Positions 61,650 to 64,000 of a DNA stretch of 64,000 nucleotides are shown one piece after another. This stretch comes from Phoronis australis (taxonomy: Eukaryota; Animalia; Phoronida): NCBI GenBank assembly GCA_002633005.1, contig NMRA01000137.1, positions 372,001 to 436,000 on the forward strand, in the 5' to 3' direction. The translations under genes and the position numbers were made by a program. Below the pieces are notes generated by a model. It did not search any database and was not told the DNA's origin. It saw only the letters and a program-made list of their open reading frames with translations. Each line of letters begins with the position of its first letter. Position 1 is the first letter of the stretch.

Positions 61650-61831
61650 CCAAGTATTTATGAAACGTTTTATACCACAATATTAGCGTCGAATGGCAGA
61701 TACCACCGTGTAATAACCCATTTAGTTATCCCACTAGTGAGATAACATTTTGGCGAGAAAGCGAGGCCGGTTTCAAACCCGGGCCTCAAGAGTTCCGAGT
61801 CGTCGACTTTACCACTACACCACTCAGCGGC
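61650..61831 (-). mobile_element. tRNA-derived SINE (degenerate)
   Basis: Minus strand gctgagTGGTGTAGTGGtaaagtcgacgactcggaactcttgaggcccgGGTTTGAAACCggcc has Pol III A and B boxes, followed by a taaatgggt core-like block and an AT-rich tail; the 3' boundary is approximate. Confidence 0.6.
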
Positions 61832-64000
61832 TGACGTCATCGAACGTGAAAATAGAATACTTAAATGAGTACCGACATTTATAGGCTATGGAAAATAATA
61901 AGCATAATTTCCATAAAAACGATATTTTAATTCAGTGAAATTTCTCTCTCGTGTTCTCTCACTTGTAAATCACCGAATGCGGGTATCGTGTCGTCGGGAT
62001 CCTTTGACTTGAGCATTATACTCAGTTACTACTGGTTACCTACTTTAGCAGACGATATTTTCCCGGTCAAAGCTTATCGTGATAAAATGTGTAGTAAGCT
62101 ATAATAGTTGCTAAACGTTAATTTATAGATTCACTTTACTTCTATTTTGTTTAAATTTTCAATTGGTTTTGAGTAAAAGCATTATTTGACAAAAATAGCT
62201 CGGCTTTTCTTAAAAGATCACGGCCTCCGACCCCGGTCCTCTGACACAGAAAGTAGTTACAAAACCGAGGCGAGTCGAGAAAGGTAGATCGATTCATTAC
62301 AATGTCTCTCGTTCAGTATGTGGTATAAATAGATTATTACATGTTCTCAGTTGTTACCCCCCTAATCTATATATACTTCAACTCGGTAAAATTACATATT
62401 TTCTGATAGTTGAAAGACTGTGAAATTTAATCTTGGACTTTATACCAATGTGTCATAGTCATAAATCGTAACCGTATCAATAACATGACCAACTTTCGAT
62501 TGATAAAAATGTTGGGAGTGAAATCTCAAAAACGCTGTAACAATTGTGTAAAGTATCATTTCGTTTTCGTGTCATGCATCTTTTGGGTTTGTATGAATAC
62601 CGTGGCATGCCTATGTTTTGATAGTCCCTATTGCCAAAGTGGACATTTTCAAATCAATTCCTGATTGCATTTTAGAGACCAGTGTATCAAGCATAGTATC
62701 GGAAGGTTTCATAAAAATCAGATCAGGCATTTTAAAGATATGATGTTCCAAAGTCAGTTTTGGACATTTTTTATCATTAAAAATGTTGAGGAACTAGACA
62801 CAGTCAAGTAGGTATGTTAAAGACATGTTTGTAATGACACGAAGATTTTGTAATTAGCGTTTAGTCCAATGGAGGTAAAATGGAATCACCTTACATTACC
62901 GTTTGAAGACGTTTTGAAGTTTACCATTCCTTGCTTGTTAGTCTATTGCAAACAGTTAAACCTGCCCATCACTGTTTAACGAAATAAGGGCCCACTTGCA
63001 TCATAATTAGCATGTCTTTTAAATTGTCCCCGTTATGGCCGTAATTGGTTAAAAAATCAATCCTCTAACTCGAGCTAGAGTCAAAAGTATGAGAATATAC
63101 ACTTTTTAATCAATTACGAACTTGTAGCGTAGGACCAAATGTCTGTCTTAAGTCACTCTAATTTTGCTATTTTCGGCCTAACCCATAGTCTAATCGTTTA
63201 GATTTTTAAGGACTGATTTATCCAGTGGTGTTCTAACGTCGCTGGTCGGCTGAAAGTAAATGATGCTTGTCCCCCCCTCAGTTTCTTGTGTACTGTTGAT
63301 TGACCCGCTTGATAGTGTGCCCGTGGCCGACGTGTCACAGGAATCAAAAGTGTGAGTTAGAGCATGGGAGAGGTACGGGGATGAAAAAACTTTGTTGTCG
63401 GAAGATTCCGACATCAAAGGCTGCCGTCAATGCTGGATCAGCCACCCGACATCTGACTGGTTTAGGAACCGGAAGTCGTCTTAGAGAACTATCCAGACGC
63501 GTTAGTCGGTTTACGCGGTAGAACCCGCGAAATCAACCAAGTGTACCTAACGATAAGGATGAACTACACAATCCCGATCGACAGCGTCCGGGTAAATGTA
63601 TTTCAATTGGACCGCTATTACAGTCACTCTCTACCAGCTAACCTACCGTCGGCTTCTGGCGACGCAGCGGGAGATCACGTGGCAAACACGTGGCCTGCGC
63701 GTTTAACCAGAGTTAGAAAATAACTTCTACGGAGTTCACTCCGAAACTTATCAAATAATAAACTTCAACATGTTTAACATCAAAATTACATCGATGAACG
63801 TGCAGTTAGTAGTTAAGGCATCTCCCAAAATGAATACTCCCTTCAGAGACTGGTGAACTTCAGGAAAAACCTAACCAGAAAATCTCTATGACTTGCGTTT
63901 CGCGCCTGCGCTCAAATTCTGGCCGAAGAAGGGCTTGCTTTGACGTCACGTCCTGAAACTATCCGGATAGACTTTGTTCAAATCGTATTAACCAACTGCG

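Larger units (their letters stand above)
43188..64000 (+). other. Large intron of the mGluR gene (next exon, expected to begin IPQISYAS-like, not found in the window)
   Basis: GT donor at 43188; no downstream mGluR-like peptide in the ORF track or seen by eye. Confidence 0.6.

Overview
Animal (bilaterian invertebrate-like) genomic DNA, AT-rich and mostly non-coding; no prokaryotic operons or CRISPR arrays. The only host coding sequence I can support is the first coding exon of a group III-like metabotropic glutamate receptor (42708-43187, +). It has a splice acceptor upstream and is followed by an intron that appears to run past the window end. The rest is a dense transposon landscape. (1) An internally deleted Kolobok DNA transposon (35783-37723; TTAA target duplication, 158-bp TIRs) carries convergent THAP-transposase and cysteine-rich KolX (P2X7-ballast-like) gene fragments. 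It has a fold-back derivative with two transposase ends (5429-6281), and other TTAA elements are present. (2) A three-level nest: a 6-bp-TSD element contains an Academ remnant, which contains a short retroposed unit. (3) Several CAG...CTG MITEs have 5-bp TSDs. (4) There is a Penelope GIY-YIG remnant and some tRNA-derived SINE heads. The most intriguing signal is a ~240-bp non-coding retroposed unit with TSDs that contains a variant (U3-A8) minimal hammerhead-ribozyme-like motif; one insertion has a Penelope-style inverted copy. All calls come from reading by eye; no database searches were run.
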